Assembly (NCBI GenBank): GCA_965153285.1
Contig: OZ229112.1
Source of the DNA: Podarcis tiliguerta
Lineage: Eukaryota
Strand: one strand, 5' to 3'
DNA length: 64,000 nt
The position numbers were made by a program, and so were the translations under genes. Shown here piece after piece: positions 63,685 to 64,000 of this stretch. The notes under the pieces were generated by a model, which was given only the letters and a program-made list of their open reading frames with translations, searched no databases and was not told where the DNA came from. The first letter of the stretch is position 1. Every line of letters starts with the position of its first letter.

Positions 63685-63926
63685 CAGTGGTACCTCGGGT
63701 TAAGTACTTAATTCGTTCCGGAGGTCCGTTCTTAACCTGAAACTGTTCTTAACCTGAAGCACCACTTTAGCTAATGGGGCCTCCCGCTGCTGCCGCACTG
63801 CCGGAGCACGATTTCTGTTCTCATCCTGAAGCAAAGTTATTAACCTGAGGTACTATTTCTGGGTTAGCAGAGTCTGTAACCTGAAGCATATGTAACTTGA
63901 AGTGTCTGTAACCCGAGGTACCACTG
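63685..63926 (+). mobile_element. Tigger/pogo-like MITE (cagtggtacctc family), copy 3
   Basis: TIRs cagtggtacctcgggtta / taacccgaggtaccactg with TA TSD. Lies ~720 bp upstream of the LAMA2 ATG. Confidence 0.93.
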
Positions 63927-64000
63927 TACATCGTCTCCATGTAGCAGGCCTGGCATTTTTAACGTGTGTGCACATGTGTCTTGGAGGTTTTCCCGAACTA

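Overview
Vertebrate genomic DNA, AT-rich and CpG-depleted. The repeat content (Sauria SINE, BovB, CR1, L2, L1, lacertid-type Tigger/Tc2/hAT MITEs) points to a squamate, most likely a lacertid lizard. The only host coding sequence I can support is a 133-nt first exon on the minus strand (62961->62829) inside a CpG island. It is absent from the ORF track because it is too short. It encodes MTRPALPPLLVLAALLSRCGA-QVLQPPQHHQQQQQQQQAAPQQR-(G): a signal peptide plus Q-rich linker ending in QQR|G at a phase-1 GT donor, matching exon 1 of laminin alpha-2 (LAMA2). The remaining ~62.8 kb is therefore interpreted as the 5' part of the large LAMA2 intron 1; I found no exon 2 (GLFPAVLNLASN...). This intron is a mosaic of old and young transposable elements, microsatellites and some repeat-free, motif-rich stretches that may be enhancers. 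Nearly all listed ORFs are spurious or TE-derived. I found no convincing novel biological system. The most unusual items are a CAG-encoded polyQ at the mature laminin N-terminus, a weak exon-1 donor with a short in-frame read-through, a BovB fragment with a 5' fold-back fused to a CpG-rich palindromic minisatellite, a young L1 with a perfect 17-bp TSD, and several nested or inverted TE structures. Repeat family names come from recognition, not a database search. Boundaries without a TSD or TIR are approximate.
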